Of a DNA stretch of 51,659 nucleotides, positions 24,275-33,899 are shown in pieces. The notes under the pieces were generated by a model. It saw only the letters and a program-made list of their open reading frames with translations, was not told the DNA's origin and searched no databases. The position numbers were made by a program, and so were the translations under genes. Source of the stretch: Planctomycetota bacterium (GTDB taxonomy: Bacteria > Planctomycetota > B15-G4 > SIAN01). The stretch lies in NCBI GenBank assembly GCA_016872815.1, contig VGYY01000001.1, positions 1 through 51,659 of the forward strand. Reading direction: 5' to 3'. How positions within the stretch are numbered: the stretch's first letter is position 1; each line of letters begins with the position of its first letter.

Positions 24275-24586
24275 ATGAATCCGCAGCAGAAGATCACGAT
24301 CCGGCTCGAAGCCTACGACCATTCTGCGCTCGATCAGTCGGCATCCGACATCGTCGAGACGGCGAAGCGCACGGGCGCACGGGTGGCCGGTCCCATCCCG
24401 CTGCCGACCCGGATCGAGCGCTACACGGTGCTGCGCTCGCCGCACATCGACAAGAAGTCGCGGGAGCAGTTCGAGATCCGGACGCACAAGCGACTGGTGC
24501 TGATCAGCGACCCGTCGCCGAAGACGGTCGATTCCATCAGCCGCCTGAACCTTCCGGCCGGCGTCGACATCCGGGTCCGGGTCTGA
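24275..24586 (+). CDS. rpsJ: 30S ribosomal protein S10
   Basis: [18 protein letters not shown]......V......G....GPIPLPT. ATG at 24275 preferred over the TTG at 24248. Confidence 0.96.
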   Translation: MNPQQKITIRLEAYDHSALDQSASDIVETAKRTGARVAGPIPLPTRIERYTVLRSPHIDKKSREQFEIRTHKRLVLISDPSPKTVDSISRLNLPAGVDIRVRV

Positions 24587-24656
24587 CGACCTCACGGTGA
24601 ACAGAGGCGGCCGCGGGGGCGAGTGAGTCGCCCCGCACGATCGCAGGAGATCCAAG

Positions 24657-25319
24657 GTGGCGGATGCAGTTCCAGGCAAGGCGATCCTCGCCCGCAAGGA
24701 GGGGATGACGCAGCTGTTCGACGAGAAGGGGCAGGTCGTCCCGGTCACCGTCCTCAAGGCCGGTCCGTGCGTCGTCACGCAGGTCAAGACTCCCGAGAAC
24801 GACGGCTACCACGCGCTCCAGGTCGGATTCATCGATCAGAAGCCGCGCCGACTCGCCAAGCCCCAGCGGGTCGAGGCCGAGAAGCGCAAGGTCGCGGCGA
24901 AGCGGATCCTGCGCGAGATCCGGCTCGCGGCGCCGGCCGACCGCAAGGTCGGGGATGAGATCAAGTGCGACGTGTTCCAGGTCGGTGACTTCGTCGACGT
25001 CGTCGGCCACACCAAGGGCCGCGGCTTCACCGGGGTCATGAGGGCGTGGAACTTCGGTCACAAGCCGCGCTCGCGCGGAAACATGAATGTCCGCGGCCCG
25101 GGCTCGATCGGCATGCGTACCTGGCCGGGGCGCATCCTGAAGGGCAAGCGGATGGCCACCCAGTGGGGCGGCGAGCGGGTCACGGTGAAGAACCTCCGCG
25201 TGATGGCCGTGCAGGTCGAGTCGAACTCGCTGCTGGTCAAGGGCGCGGTGCCCGGCACCGACGACGGCGTGGTCTACGTGCAACTCGCCCGTTCGACGCG
25301 CCCGGCGAAGTCGAGCTGA
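24657..25319 (+). CDS. rplC: 50S ribosomal protein L3
   Basis: 220 aa. ILARKEGMTQLFDEKG.VVPVTVL...GHTKGRGFTGVMR.WNF. GTG start 7 nt after aggag. Confidence 0.96.
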   Translation: MADAVPGKAILARKEGMTQLFDEKGQVVPVTVLKAGPCVVTQVKTPENDGYHALQVGFIDQKPRRLAKPQRVEAEKRKVAAKRILREIRLAAPADRKVGDEIKCDVFQVGDFVDVVGHTKGRGFTGVMRAWNFGHKPRSRGNMNVRGPGSIGMRTWPGRILKGKRMATQWGGERVTVKNLRVMAVQVESNSLLVKGAVPGTDDGVVYVQLARSTRPAKSS

Positions 25320-25353
25320 GTCGCGGTCGGACGCAGGAAGGCGCAAACGAGTC

Positions 25354-26019
25354 ATGGCTACGACAGCGACGGTTCCCACGAAGGCGGATGCGAAGGTCCT
25401 GAGCGGCGGCTCGGTGACCACGCGCTCGATCGACCTCGGGCTCTTCGGCACCGGTCGGCGCCGGACCTTGCTCAAGGAAGCCGCGATCGCCTACCAGGCG
25501 AACCAGCGGCAGGGCACGCACAAGGCGAAGAAGCGCGCCGAGACTTCGTACTCCGAGGCGAAGCCGTGGCCGCAGAAGCACACGGGCCGTGCGCGCGCCG
25601 GCGATCGCAATTCGCCGCTCTGGCGCCACGGCGGCACCATCTTCGGTCCGATCCCGCGCGACTATCGGCAGAGCCTGCCGCGCCGCGCGCTGCGGGAGGC
25701 GCTGCGCTCGGCGCTGTGGGGCAAGCTGGTCGACGGCGAGGTCGCCGTGATCGAGAAGTTCGCCGGTGACAAGCCGTCGACGAAGACGGCGGCGAAGTGC
25801 CTGAAGGAGCTCGGGATCGCCGCGAGCGTCACGGTGGTGGCGCCGACTGGCAATCCGAACGTGCTGCGCAGCTTCCGCAACCTAGAGCGGTGCGACGTCG
25901 TGCCGGCCGCCGAGGTCAACGCGCTGCACCTGCTCCGCCGCAAGCACGTGGTGTTCGTCGGCGACGCGCTCGACACCGTCGGCAAGCGCCTCGCCGGCAA
26001 GGCCGCGCCGTCGGCCTGA
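25354..26019 (+). CDS. rplD: 50S ribosomal protein L4
   Basis: 221 aa. ...KKRAETSYSEAKPWPQKHTGRARAGDRNSPLWRHGG.IFGP.PRDY. Confidence 0.95.
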   Translation: MATTATVPTKADAKVLSGGSVTTRSIDLGLFGTGRRRTLLKEAAIAYQANQRQGTHKAKKRAETSYSEAKPWPQKHTGRARAGDRNSPLWRHGGTIFGPIPRDYRQSLPRRALREALRSALWGKLVDGEVAVIEKFAGDKPSTKTAAKCLKELGIAASVTVVAPTGNPNVLRSFRNLERCDVVPAAEVNALHLLRRKHVVFVGDALDTVGKRLAGKAAPSA

Positions 26020-26035
26020 ATCGGAAGGGATCGTC

Positions 26036-26317
26036 ATGCTCGAAGCCCGCGAAATCATCAAGAAGCCGCTCGTCACGGAGAAGTCGACCTTCCTCCAGGA
26101 CGCGTTCAACCAGTACGTGTTCCTGGTTCATCCGCAGGCGAACCGCCTGCAGGTGAAGGGCGCGGTCGAGGCGCTGTTCAACGTCAAGGTCGCGGACGTG
26201 CGGACCATGGTGCGGAAGGGCAAGCCGCGGCGCGCGTTCGGTCGCCCGATCACGACCAAGCCGTTCAAGCGGGCGATCGTCACGCTCCGCGAGGGCCACA
26301 AGATCGACGTGGTCTGA
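26036..26317 (+). CDS. rplW: 50S ribosomal protein L23
   Basis: 93 aa. [11 protein letters not shown]...[27 protein letters not shown]. Confidence 0.95.
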   Translation: MLEAREIIKKPLVTEKSTFLQDAFNQYVFLVHPQANRLQVKGAVEALFNVKVADVRTMVRKGKPRRAFGRPITTKPFKRAIVTLREGHKIDVV

Positions 26318-26393
26318 GCGCCCGCAAGGCCGAGCGCCGAGCAGCGCGACGAGAGACGCGACGGGAAGTACGACGAGAGGTCGGAGCAATTCG

Positions 26394-27236
26394 ATGGCCG
26401 TGAAGATCTACAAGCCCACTTCGCCCGGACGCCGGGGCGGCACGTTCCCGGACATGAGCGAGGTGACCGGCCGAGCCGGCGTCAAGCAGTTGCTCGTGGC
26501 GCAGCGCCACCGCGGCGGTCGCAACAACACCGGTCGCGTCACCATCCGGTTCCGCGGCGGCGGCCACAAGCGGTTCCTGCGCGTCATCGACTTCAAGCGC
26601 GAGAAGGACGGCATCCCGGCCATCGTCCATCAGATCGAGTACGACCCCGGTCGCTCGTCGCGCATCGCCCTGCTGCACTACCGCGACGGCGAGAAGCGCT
26701 ACGTGCTCGCGCCGATCGGCCTGCAGGTCGGCGCAACGATCGAATCGGGCGAGCGCGTGGAGCCGAATGTCGGCAACTCGATGCCGCTGGCTCACATCCC
26801 GCTCGGCCTCTTCGTGCACAACGTCGAGATGGCTCCGGGCAAGGGCGGCCAGCTCGGTCGTTCGGCCGGCACCCAGATCCAGCTGCTCGCGCGCGAGGAC
26901 GACTACGCGACGCTGGTGCTGCCGTCGGGCGAGCGCCGCAAGGTGCACGTGCGCTGCCGCGCCACCATCGGCCAGGTCGGCAACATCGATCACCAGAACC
27001 AGGTGCTCGGCAAGGCCGGTCGCAAGCGCTGGCTCGGCCTGCGGCCGCACGTGCGCGGTGTCGCGATGAATCCGGTGTCGCATCCGATGGGCGGCGGCGA
27101 GGGGCGCAGCAAGGGCGGCAACATCCCGCGCTCGCCGACCGGCGTCCCGAGCAAGGGCGGCAAGACGCGGCATCCGCGCAAGCCGTCGAGTCGGTTCATC
27201 ATCCACGGGCGCAAGAAGCGCATCGAGACGGCCTGA
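26394..27236 (+). CDS. rplB: 50S ribosomal protein L2
   Basis: 280 aa. [14 protein letters not shown]...GGGHKR..R.IDF.R...VHNVE..PGKGGQL.RSAG...MNPV.HP.GGGEGR. Confidence 0.98.
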   Translation: MAVKIYKPTSPGRRGGTFPDMSEVTGRAGVKQLLVAQRHRGGRNNTGRVTIRFRGGGHKRFLRVIDFKREKDGIPAIVHQIEYDPGRSSRIALLHYRDGEKRYVLAPIGLQVGATIESGERVEPNVGNSMPLAHIPLGLFVHNVEMAPGKGGQLGRSAGTQIQLLAREDDYATLVLPSGERRKVHVRCRATIGQVGNIDHQNQVLGKAGRKRWLGLRPHVRGVAMNPVSHPMGGGEGRSKGGNIPRSPTGVPSKGGKTRHPRKPSSRFIIHGRKKRIETA

Positions 27237-27253
27237 GCGGAGCCTGACGGAAC

Positions 27254-27568
27254 ATGGGACGAAGCATCAAGAAGGGGCCGTTCGTCGACGCCAAGCTGCT
27301 CGAGAAGGTGGCGAAGGCGAGCAAGGGCGGCAAGAAGGACCCGATCAAGACCTGGTCGCGTCGTTCGACCATCCTCCCCGATTTCGTGACGCACACGTTC
27401 CTCGTGCACAACGGCAAGCAGCACGTGCGCGTGTTCGTGACCGAGGACATGGTCGGCCACAAGCTCGGCGAGTTCGCACCGACCCGCGTCTTCCGCGGGC
27501 ACACGTCGGGACGGAAGGCCGAGGCTGCGGCCGCGGCGCCCGCGCCGGCGGGCGGCGGCAAGAAGTGA
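27254..27568 (+). CDS. rpsS: 30S ribosomal protein S19 (short Ala-rich C-terminal tail)
   Basis: [14 protein letters not shown]........[38 protein letters not shown]. Confidence 0.97.
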   Translation: MGRSIKKGPFVDAKLLEKVAKASKGGKKDPIKTWSRRSTILPDFVTHTFLVHNGKQHVRVFVTEDMVGHKLGEFAPTRVFRGHTSGRKAEAAAAAPAPAGGGKK

Positions 27569-27594
27569 CCCTGATCGCGGCGCGCTGAACGAGC

Positions 27595-27622
27595 GACCGA
27601 AGCGAGAGAGACCGAAGCGAGA
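27595..27622. repeat. Tandem direct duplication (15-nt period, 2 copies) in the rpsS-rplV spacer
   Basis: GACCGAAGCGAGA ga GACCGAAGCGAGA, flanked by AGCGACC on both sides. Ends 8 nt before the rplV ATG. Confidence 0.8.
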
Positions 27623-27630
27623 CAGCGACC

Positions 27631-27996
27631 ATGCCATACCAAGCCAGCCATCAGTACGCGAAGGTGACGCCGCGCAAGGCGCGTCCCATCGCCGATCTCG
27701 TGCGCGGGATGAACGCGAGCCGCGCACTCGAACTGCTGACGCTCAATCCGCGGCGCGCCTCCGGGCTGTTCCGCTCGGTCATCCAGTCGGCGCTGGCGAA
27801 TGCCGGCCAGGCGCAGGGTGTCAACCTGAACAAGCTCGTGATCAACGAGATCTTCGTGAACGAGGGACCGCTCATCAAACGCGGTCGTCCGGTCGCGCGC
27901 GGGCGCTACCACCGGATCATGAAGAAGACGAGTCACCTGCACGTCGTCCTCGACGAACCGGCGGCAAAGCCGGAGAAGGCGGAGGGTCGCGTCTAA
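27631..27996 (+). CDS. rplV: 50S ribosomal protein L22
   Basis: 121 aa. ...YAKVTPRKARPIADLVRGMNA..AL..L......A.......SA.ANA...GP..KR..P.ARGR...I.K.TSH..VVL. Confidence 0.95.
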   Translation: MPYQASHQYAKVTPRKARPIADLVRGMNASRALELLTLNPRRASGLFRSVIQSALANAGQAQGVNLNKLVINEIFVNEGPLIKRGRPVARGRYHRIMKKTSHLHVVLDEPAAKPEKAEGRV

Positions 27997-28668
27997 ATGG
28001 GCCAGAAGGTCAATCCCCTCGGATTCCGCATCGGGATCCGGGAGCCGTGGCGCTCGCGCTGGACGGCCTCGAAGAAGGACTTCCCCGGCTTCCTGGCGCA
28101 GGATCAGAAGATCCGGCGGTTCATCAAGCAGGAGTTCCGCCAGGCGGCGGTGGCGCGCATCGACATCGAGCGCACCCGCGAGGCGACGACGGTCATCATC
28201 CACACGGCGCGTCCCGGCGTGCTGATCGGCCGCAAGGGCGTGCGCGCGGAGCAGTTGCGCGACGACCTCGCCCGCATCGTCGGCAACAACGTCACGGTGC
28301 ACACGGTCGAGATCGGTCGGCCGGAACTCTCGGCGCAGCTGGTGGCGGAGAGCGTCGCCGAGCAGCTCGAGAAGCGCGTGTCGTTCCGGCGCGCGCTGAA
28401 GAAGACCGCGCAGCTCAGCATGCAGGCCGGTGCGATCGGCGTGAAGATCCACATCGCCGGCCGGCTCGGCGGCGCCGAGATGTCGCGGCGCGAGGCGATC
28501 ATCCAGGGCTCGATCAAGCTGGCGACGCTCGACGCGGACATCGACTACGGCTTCGCCCAGGCGATGACCAGCTACGGCACGATCGGCTGCAAGTGCTGGA
28601 TCTTCCGCGGCTGGCATGAAGGGCCGCACAAGAAGGACAAGGAGGACAGCCATGCCGCTGATGCCTAG
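27997..28668 (+). CDS. rpsC: 30S ribosomal protein S3
   Basis: [13 protein letters not shown]...W.S.W.A....... KH domain, then ...[10 protein letters not shown]....G..PL.TL.A.IDYG. Confidence 0.97.
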   Translation: MGQKVNPLGFRIGIREPWRSRWTASKKDFPGFLAQDQKIRRFIKQEFRQAAVARIDIERTREATTVIIHTARPGVLIGRKGVRAEQLRDDLARIVGNNVTVHTVEIGRPELSAQLVAESVAEQLEKRVSFRRALKKTAQLSMQAGAIGVKIHIAGRLGGAEMSRREAIIQGSIKLATLDADIDYGFAQAMTSYGTIGCKCWIFRGWHEGPHKKDKEDSHAADA

Positions 28669-29068
28669 TCGCGTCCGCTGGCGCAAGGTCCAGCGCGGCA
28701 ACCTCCGCGGCATCGCCCAGCGCGGCAACGAGGTCGCGTTCGGCGAGTTCGGCCTGCAGGCGCTCGAGTGGGCGTGGATGGATGGGAGGCAGATCGAGGC
28801 GGGTCGCGTCGCGGCCAGCCGGTCGGCGCCGGAAGGGCGGCTCTACATCCGCGTCTTCCCGCACAAGCCGATCTCGAAGAAGCCGCTCGAGACCCGCATG
28901 GGCAAGGGCAAGGGTGAACCGGAACTCTGGGTGGCGGAAGTGAAGCCGGGGCACGTGATCTACGAGCTCGCCGGCGTGACCGAGGAGAAGGCGACCCTCG
29001 CGTTCAATCGCGTGGCGCACAAGCTCCCGATCAAGGTCCGCATGATTCGGCGGAGGCACGGGCCGTGA
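28652..29068 (+). CDS. rplP: 50S ribosomal protein L16
   Basis: [33 protein letters not shown]... ATG at 28652 lies 6 nt after aaggagga and overlaps the rpsC 3' end. Confidence 0.95.
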   Translation: MPLMPSRVRWRKVQRGNLRGIAQRGNEVAFGEFGLQALEWAWMDGRQIEAGRVAASRSAPEGRLYIRVFPHKPISKKPLETRMGKGKGEPELWVAEVKPGHVIYELAGVTEEKATLAFNRVAHKLPIKVRMIRRRHGP

Positions 29069-29286
29069 AGATCGGCGATCTGCTTACGCAGGACGACGCG
29101 GAACTCGCGTTCCTGCTCAAGGAAAAGCGCAAGCGGCTGTTCGACTTGCGTTTCAAGGCGGCGTCCGAGGGACTCTCGGACACCAAGGAACCGGTGCGCC
29201 TGCGCCGCGACATCGCCCGGATCCTCACGATCCAGGGCGGTCGCGTGCGCGCGAAGCGGGCGGAGGGCAAGGCCGATGGCAAGTGA
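29065..29286 (+). CDS. rpmC: 50S ribosomal protein L29
   Basis: 73 aa. GTG start overlaps the rplP stop (GTGA). ...[22 protein letters not shown] pattern. Position between rplP and rpsQ. Confidence 0.88.
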   Translation: MKIGDLLTQDDAELAFLLKEKRKRLFDLRFKAASEGLSDTKEPVRLRRDIARILTIQGGRVRAKRAEGKADGK

Positions 29287-29569
29287 GCAGGCCACGGGCG
29301 ACGCGGCCGCGGCGACGGGCAAGCGTTCCCGTTGCATCGGCATCGTCACCTCGGACAAGATGCAGAAGACGATCACCGTGGTGGTCGAGCGACTGGTCAA
29401 GCACGCGGTCTACAAGAAGTACGTCCGCCAGCGGACCATCCTCAAGGCGCACGACGAGAAGAACGTCGCGAAGGTCGGCAGCGTCGTCGAGGTCGAGTTC
29501 TCCCGGCCGCTGTCGCGGACGAAGCGCTGGAATCTCGTCCGCGTCCTGCGCGCGGGGGAGGAAGGCTGA
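29276..29569 (+). CDS. rpsQ: 30S ribosomal protein S17
   Basis: 97 aa. ...GIVTSDKMQKTITVVVERLVKHAVYKKYVRQRTILKAHDE.N.AKVGSVVEV...RPLS..K.W.LV. Confidence 0.95.
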   Translation: MASEQATGDAAAATGKRSRCIGIVTSDKMQKTITVVVERLVKHAVYKKYVRQRTILKAHDEKNVAKVGSVVEVEFSRPLSRTKRWNLVRVLRAGEEG

Positions 29570-29572
29570 GCC

Positions 29573-29941
29573 GTGATCCAGACCTACACCCGTCTCGACG
29601 TGGCGGACAACACCGGCGCTCGCACGGTGATGTGCATCCGCATCCTCGGCAACTCGCGCCGGCGCTACGCGTCGGTGGGGGACATCATCATCGGCGCGGT
29701 CAAGAAGGCCGCGCCCGGCTCCGACGTCAAGCAGGGGTCGGTGGTGAAGGGCGTGGTCGTCCGCACCAAGTCGCCGATCCGGCGCGACGACGGCAGCTAC
29801 GTCCGCTTCGACCACAACGCGATGGTCCTCCTCGACAACGAGAACAACCCGAAAGGGACGCGCATCTTCGGCGCCGTCGCCCGCGAACTGCGGGTCAAGA
29901 ACTTCATGAAGATCATCTCGCTCGCCGCGGAGGTCGTCTGA
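29573..29941 (+). CDS. rplN: 50S ribosomal protein L14
   Basis: [23 protein letters not shown]......A.VGD.I....K.A.P......G.VVK.VVVRT. 122 aa. Confidence 0.98.
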   Translation: MIQTYTRLDVADNTGARTVMCIRILGNSRRRYASVGDIIIGAVKKAAPGSDVKQGSVVKGVVVRTKSPIRRDDGSYVRFDHNAMVLLDNENNPKGTRIFGAVARELRVKNFMKIISLAAEVV

Positions 29942-30255
29942 TGGCGCTGCGGATCAAGCGCGGGGACGTCGTCGTGGTCCGTTCCGGAGCCGACAAGGGC
30001 AAGACCGGCAAGGTCATCCGCGTCGAGGTCGCGACCGGGCGCGTCGTCGTCGAGGGCGTCAACCTCCAGTACAAGCACATGAAGCGGACGCAGCAGAACC
30101 CGAAGGGCGGGCGCGTCCGCCGCGAGGGGCCGATCGACGGCTCCAAGGTGATGCTCTGGAGCGAGAAGCTCGGCAAGGGGCAGCGCTTCCGGGTCGAGAC
30201 GCGCGAAGGCAAGCGCGTCCGCGTCGGTGCGAAGGATGGAGTGGTGTTCGACTGA
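29941..30255 (+). CDS. rplX: 50S ribosomal protein L24
   Basis: 104 aa. [28 protein letters not shown] (KOW). The ATG overlaps the rplN TGA (TGATG). In the track it is buried in the 29332..30255 ORF. Confidence 0.94.
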   Translation: MALRIKRGDVVVVRSGADKGKTGKVIRVEVATGRVVVEGVNLQYKHMKRTQQNPKGGRVRREGPIDGSKVMLWSEKLGKGQRFRVETREGKRVRVGAKDGVVFD

Positions 30256-30301
30256 GCGGGATGCCGTGAGTCCGGCAACCACTCCTCCGAACGGGAACAA
30301 C

Positions 30302-30868
30302 ATGAGCAAGACCGCACAACGCAAGCTGCCGCGCCTGCGCGAGAAGTACGAGCGCGAGGTGGTGCCGATGCTGATGGACAAGTTCGGCATCAAGAACCGC
30401 ATGGCCGTGCCGCGCCTGCGCAAGATCGGCATCAACATGGGCCTGCGCAAGGAGAAGGAGAGCAAGGAGTTCCTCACGGAAGTGGTGGGGCACCTCGCCG
30501 CGCTCTCCGGCCAGAAGCCGGTCATCACGAAGGCGCGCCAGTCGATCGCCGGGTTCAAGGTCCGCCAGGGTGACAAGGTCGGCCTCAAGGTGACCTTGCG
30601 CCGCGACCGGATGTGGGAGTTCCTTGACCGGATGATCGCGCTGGCGCTGCCGCGCGTGCGTGACTTCCGCGGGCTGTCGCGCAAGGCGTTCGACGGACGC
30701 GGGAACTACACGCTGGGCATCGGCGAGCAGACCGTGTTCCCCGAGGTCGTCGGCGACTCGGTCAACCACACGCAGGGCATGGACATCAGCATCGTGACCA
30801 GCGCCGGGGACGACGCGCGGGCGGAGGCGCTGCTGCAGGCGCTCGGGATGCCGTTCCACCGGACGTGA
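30302..30868 (+). CDS. rplE: 50S ribosomal protein L5
   Basis: ...LREKYEREVVPMLMDKFGIKN.MAVPRL.KI.INMG.........GQKPVITKARQSIAGFKVR.GD.VG.KVTLR. Start at the ATG at 30302. Confidence 0.96.
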   Translation: MSKTAQRKLPRLREKYEREVVPMLMDKFGIKNRMAVPRLRKIGINMGLRKEKESKEFLTEVVGHLAALSGQKPVITKARQSIAGFKVRQGDKVGLKVTLRRDRMWEFLDRMIALALPRVRDFRGLSRKAFDGRGNYTLGIGEQTVFPEVVGDSVNHTQGMDISIVTSAGDDARAEALLQALGMPFHRT

Positions 30869-30936
30869 GAGCGGGACGGACGCTGCAACCAAACGCATGG
30901 GGCGCCCGCGAGGGGCTCCGATGAGGAGAAGTGAGC

Positions 30937-31122
30937 TTGGCTAGGACGTGCCTGAGGGTGAAGGCGAAGCGGACCCCGAAGTTCAAGGTCCGCCAGCACA
31001 ACCGCTGCAACCTGTGCGGTCGGTCGCGCGCCTACTACCGCAAGTTCGGCTGCTGCCGCGTCTGCTTCCGCCAGCTCTCCCTGAAGGGCGAGATCCCGGG
31101 CGTGAAGAAGGCGTCCTGGTGA
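30937..31122 (+). CDS. rpsN: 30S ribosomal protein S14, type Z (Cys4 zinc form)
   Basis: ...[51 protein letters not shown] at 30937 gives the canonical 61 aa, 8 nt after aggaga. Alternative GTG at 30931. Confidence 0.9.
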   Translation: MARTCLRVKAKRTPKFKVRQHNRCNLCGRSRAYYRKFGCCRVCFRQLSLKGEIPGVKKASW

Positions 31123-31159
31123 TCGCGCGCGCCGCGGAACCGATTACGGAATCCATGCC

Positions 31160-31558
31160 ATGACGATGACAGATCCGATTGCCGACCTCGCGACGCGCAT
31201 CCGCAACGCTCTCCGCAACAAGAGCGGCGAGACGCGCATCCCGCACTCGCGGATCAAGGCCGGCATCTGCGAGGTCCTGAAGCGGGAGGGGTACATCCGC
31301 GACTTCTCGGTGGAGTCGGCGGAAGGCCATCCGCTGTTGCGGGTCGTCCTCAAGTACGGCCCGGACGGCGAGCAGGTCCTGCAGAGCATCTGCCGGGTCA
31401 GCAAGCCCGGGTGCCGGGCGTACCGCGGCGCGGGCGACCACGCACCGGTGCTGCGCGGGATGGGGATCACGGTTCTCACCACGACCAAGGGCGTCCTGTC
31501 CGACCGCGAAGCGCGGGCGCAGAACGTCGGCGGCGAAGTGCTGCTCGAGGTCTACTGA
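31160..31558 (+). CDS. rpsH: 30S ribosomal protein S8
   Basis: MTMTDPIADLATRIRNA........IP.S..K..I..VLK.EGYI.DF... 132 aa. Confidence 0.97.
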   Translation: MTMTDPIADLATRIRNALRNKSGETRIPHSRIKAGICEVLKREGYIRDFSVESAEGHPLLRVVLKYGPDGEQVLQSICRVSKPGCRAYRGAGDHAPVLRGMGITVLTTTKGVLSDREARAQNVGGEVLLEVY

Positions 31559-32109
31559 TGTCGCGCATCGGAAAGCAGCCGGTCAAGTACCCCAAGGGGG
31601 TCGAGGTCAAGTTCGACGCCGGGACCCTGACGGTGAAGGGGCCGAAGGGCTCGCTCACGCAGCAGGTCGACGCCCGGATCAAGGTCGAGGTCGATGGCGC
31701 CGGGAGCGCCGTCCGCTTCAGCCGCAGCAGCGACGAGCGGCTCGACCGTTCGATGCACGGCCTCTATCGCGCCCTCTGCCGCAACATGGTCGAGGGGGTG
31801 ACGACCGGCTACAGCAAGCGCCTCGAGATCCACGGCGTCGGTTTCCAGGCGAAGCTCGAGAAGGGCAAGCTCTCGCTGTCGGTCGGGTTCAGCAACCCGA
31901 TCAACCTCGCGATCCCGAAGGGGATCACGGTGGAGACGCCGAACCCGACGACCGTCGACATCAAGGGCATCGATCGCCAGCAGGTCGGCGAGTTCTCGGC
32001 GCGCATCCGCAGCGCGCGTCCGCCCGAGCCCTACCAGGGCAAGGGCGTTCGCTACGCCGGCGAGCAGATCCGCCGCAAGGCCGGCAAGTCGATGGCGACG
32101 GGCAAGTAG
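31558..32109 (+). CDS. rplF: 50S ribosomal protein L6
   Basis: [32 protein letters not shown]. 183 aa. The ATG overlaps the rpsH TGA. In the track it is inside ORF 31411..32109. Confidence 0.96.
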   Translation: MSRIGKQPVKYPKGVEVKFDAGTLTVKGPKGSLTQQVDARIKVEVDGAGSAVRFSRSSDERLDRSMHGLYRALCRNMVEGVTTGYSKRLEIHGVGFQAKLEKGKLSLSVGFSNPINLAIPKGITVETPNPTTVDIKGIDRQQVGEFSARIRSARPPEPYQGKGVRYAGEQIRRKAGKSMATGK

Positions 32110-32182
32110 GCCCGCCGCGCGGCCTCCGCAGCCCCGAACCTGCAGCAACCGAACCGGCGCCTCAGAAAACAGGGATCCTCGA

Positions 32183-32554
32183 ATGGACCATCAACGCGAT
32201 CTTCGTCGCCGCCGCGCCAGCAAGGCCGGCAGCGTCTTCAAGCGGATCAAGGTCCGCTCCGATCGGCCGCGTCTCTGCGTCTTCCGCAGCAACCGGTTCA
32301 TCTACGTGCAGGTCATCGACGACGCCAAGGGCCACACCGTCGCCGCCGCGAGCAGCCTCGAGAAGGAGCTCAATGCGCCGGCCGAGGGGGGTGCGGGCAA
32401 GGTCGGCATCGCCACGCGGGTGGGTGCCGCGATCGCCGAGCGGGCGAAGAAGGCCGGGATCGACAAGGTGGTCTTCGACCGCCGTCACTACCGCTACCAC
32501 GGCCGCATCAAGGCGCTCGCCGATGGCGCCCGCAAGGGCGGCCTCTCGTTCTGA
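32183..32554 (+). CDS. rplR: 50S ribosomal protein L18
   Basis: 123 aa. ...[26 protein letters not shown]........VVFDR....YHGR.KALAD.AR..GL.F. Confidence 0.95.
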   Translation: MDHQRDLRRRRASKAGSVFKRIKVRSDRPRLCVFRSNRFIYVQVIDDAKGHTVAAASSLEKELNAPAEGGAGKVGIATRVGAAIAERAKKAGIDKVVFDRRHYRYHGRIKALADGARKGGLSF

Positions 32555-32604
32555 TTCTGACGCGCAGCATCGTGCCGGCTCGCCGTGCACGCCGAGGATG
32601 AAAC

Positions 32605-33231
32605 GTGACCTTGAACAACGACAATCCTGAAGTGAAGAAGGTCGACGCGCCCGCCCCGGGCGGCGGCGATCGCGGCGGCGATCGCGGCGGCGGCTCGCGC
32701 GGGTTCGACCGTCGCGGCGGCGGCGGCCGCGATCGCCGGCGGGACCGGGACGATGGCGGCGATGAGCCGCAGTTCCAGGAGATCGTCGTCAAGGTCAACC
32801 GCTGCGCCAAGGTCATGAAGGGCGGTCGGCGGTTCTCCTTCTCGGCGCTGGTCGTCGTCGGCAACCGCGACGGCAAGGTGGGCTTCGGCTTCGGCAAGGC
32901 GCGCGCCGTTCCCAACGCGGTCGAGAAGGGCGTCAAGGACGCGAAGAAGAGCCTCATCAACGTCCCGCGCGTCGGGACGACGATCCCGCACCAGGTGCAG
33001 GCCGCGTTCGAGGCGTCCTCGGTGCGACTGATCCCGGCGGCCCCCGGTACCGGCATCGTCGCCGGCGGCACCGTGCGCGCCGTGATGGAGCTGGCGGGCG
33101 TCAAGGACGTGCTCACCAAGAGCGTCGGACAGACCAACGCCATCAACCTGGTCAAGGCGGCCTTCAAGGGCCTCGAGGCGCTGCGTTCCAGGACGCAGAT
33201 CGAGGCGCTGCGCGGAGTGACCCTCGGATGA
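32605..33231 (+). CDS. rpsE: 30S ribosomal protein S5 with an Arg/Gly/Asp-rich N-terminal extension
   Basis: 208 aa. Core ...VVKVNRCAKVMKGGRRFSFSALVVVGN..G.VGFG.GKA..VP.A..K. GTG start 7 nt after gagga. Confidence 0.95.
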   Translation: MTLNNDNPEVKKVDAPAPGGGDRGGDRGGGSRGFDRRGGGGRDRRRDRDDGGDEPQFQEIVVKVNRCAKVMKGGRRFSFSALVVVGNRDGKVGFGFGKARAVPNAVEKGVKDAKKSLINVPRVGTTIPHQVQAAFEASSVRLIPAAPGTGIVAGGTVRAVMELAGVKDVLTKSVGQTNAINLVKAAFKGLEALRSRTQIEALRGVTLG

Positions 33232-33899
33232 TGCTGCATGACGTGGTCGGTGCCGGTCCGAAGCGCAAGTATCGCGTGCGCGTCGGTCGCGGCATGGGTT
33301 CGGGGCTCGGCGAGTCGTGTGGTCGCGGCCAGAGCGGCGCCTACTCCCGCAGCGGCAATTCCTCGAAGCTCGGCTTCGAGGGCGGAACGATGCGGTTCTT
33401 CCGGCGCCTGCCGCGGCGCGGCTTCAACAACGCCGCGTTTCGCGTGGAATGGACCACCGTCAACCTCGGCCTGCTCGAGAAGGCGTTCAACGACGGCGAC
33501 GAAGTCACCGTCGCCGCGGCCATCGAGCGCGGCGTCGTCCGGCGCAACGCCGTCAACCTCAAGGTGCTGGGTGACGGCGCGCTGACCAAGAAGCTCCGCT
33601 TCCCGGTCGGCGTCGAGGTCTCCAACGCCGCTCGCGCCAAGATCGTGCAGGTCGGCGGGACGGTGGCGGTGCCGCCGAAGGCGAAGCTGCCGCCGAACTT
33701 CCGCCGGATCGAGGCGGACAAGAAGCGCTCCGCGAAGGTCGCCGCGGCCACGCCGTCGCCGGACAAGGCGAAGGGGGACAAGGCGGCGAAGGGCGAGAAG
33801 GCGGACAAGCCGGCGAAGACGGAAAAGGCGGACAAGCCGGCCAAGGCCGCGAAGCCCGCCGGCGACAAGAAGGCAGGCGGCGGCGACAAGAAGAAGTGA
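33228..33899 (+). CDS. rplO: 50S ribosomal protein L15 with a roughly 75-residue Lys/Ala/Pro-rich C-terminal tail
   Basis: 223 aa. ...RVGRGMGSGLG..CGRG..G..SRSG.....GFEGG.M.. L15 core. Starts inside the rpsE stop region. Confidence 0.92.
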   Translation: MMLHDVVGAGPKRKYRVRVGRGMGSGLGESCGRGQSGAYSRSGNSSKLGFEGGTMRFFRRLPRRGFNNAAFRVEWTTVNLGLLEKAFNDGDEVTVAAAIERGVVRRNAVNLKVLGDGALTKKLRFPVGVEVSNAARAKIVQVGGTVAVPPKAKLPPNFRRIEADKKRSAKVAAATPSPDKAKGDKAAKGEKADKPAKTEKADKPAKAAKPAGDKKAGGGDKKK

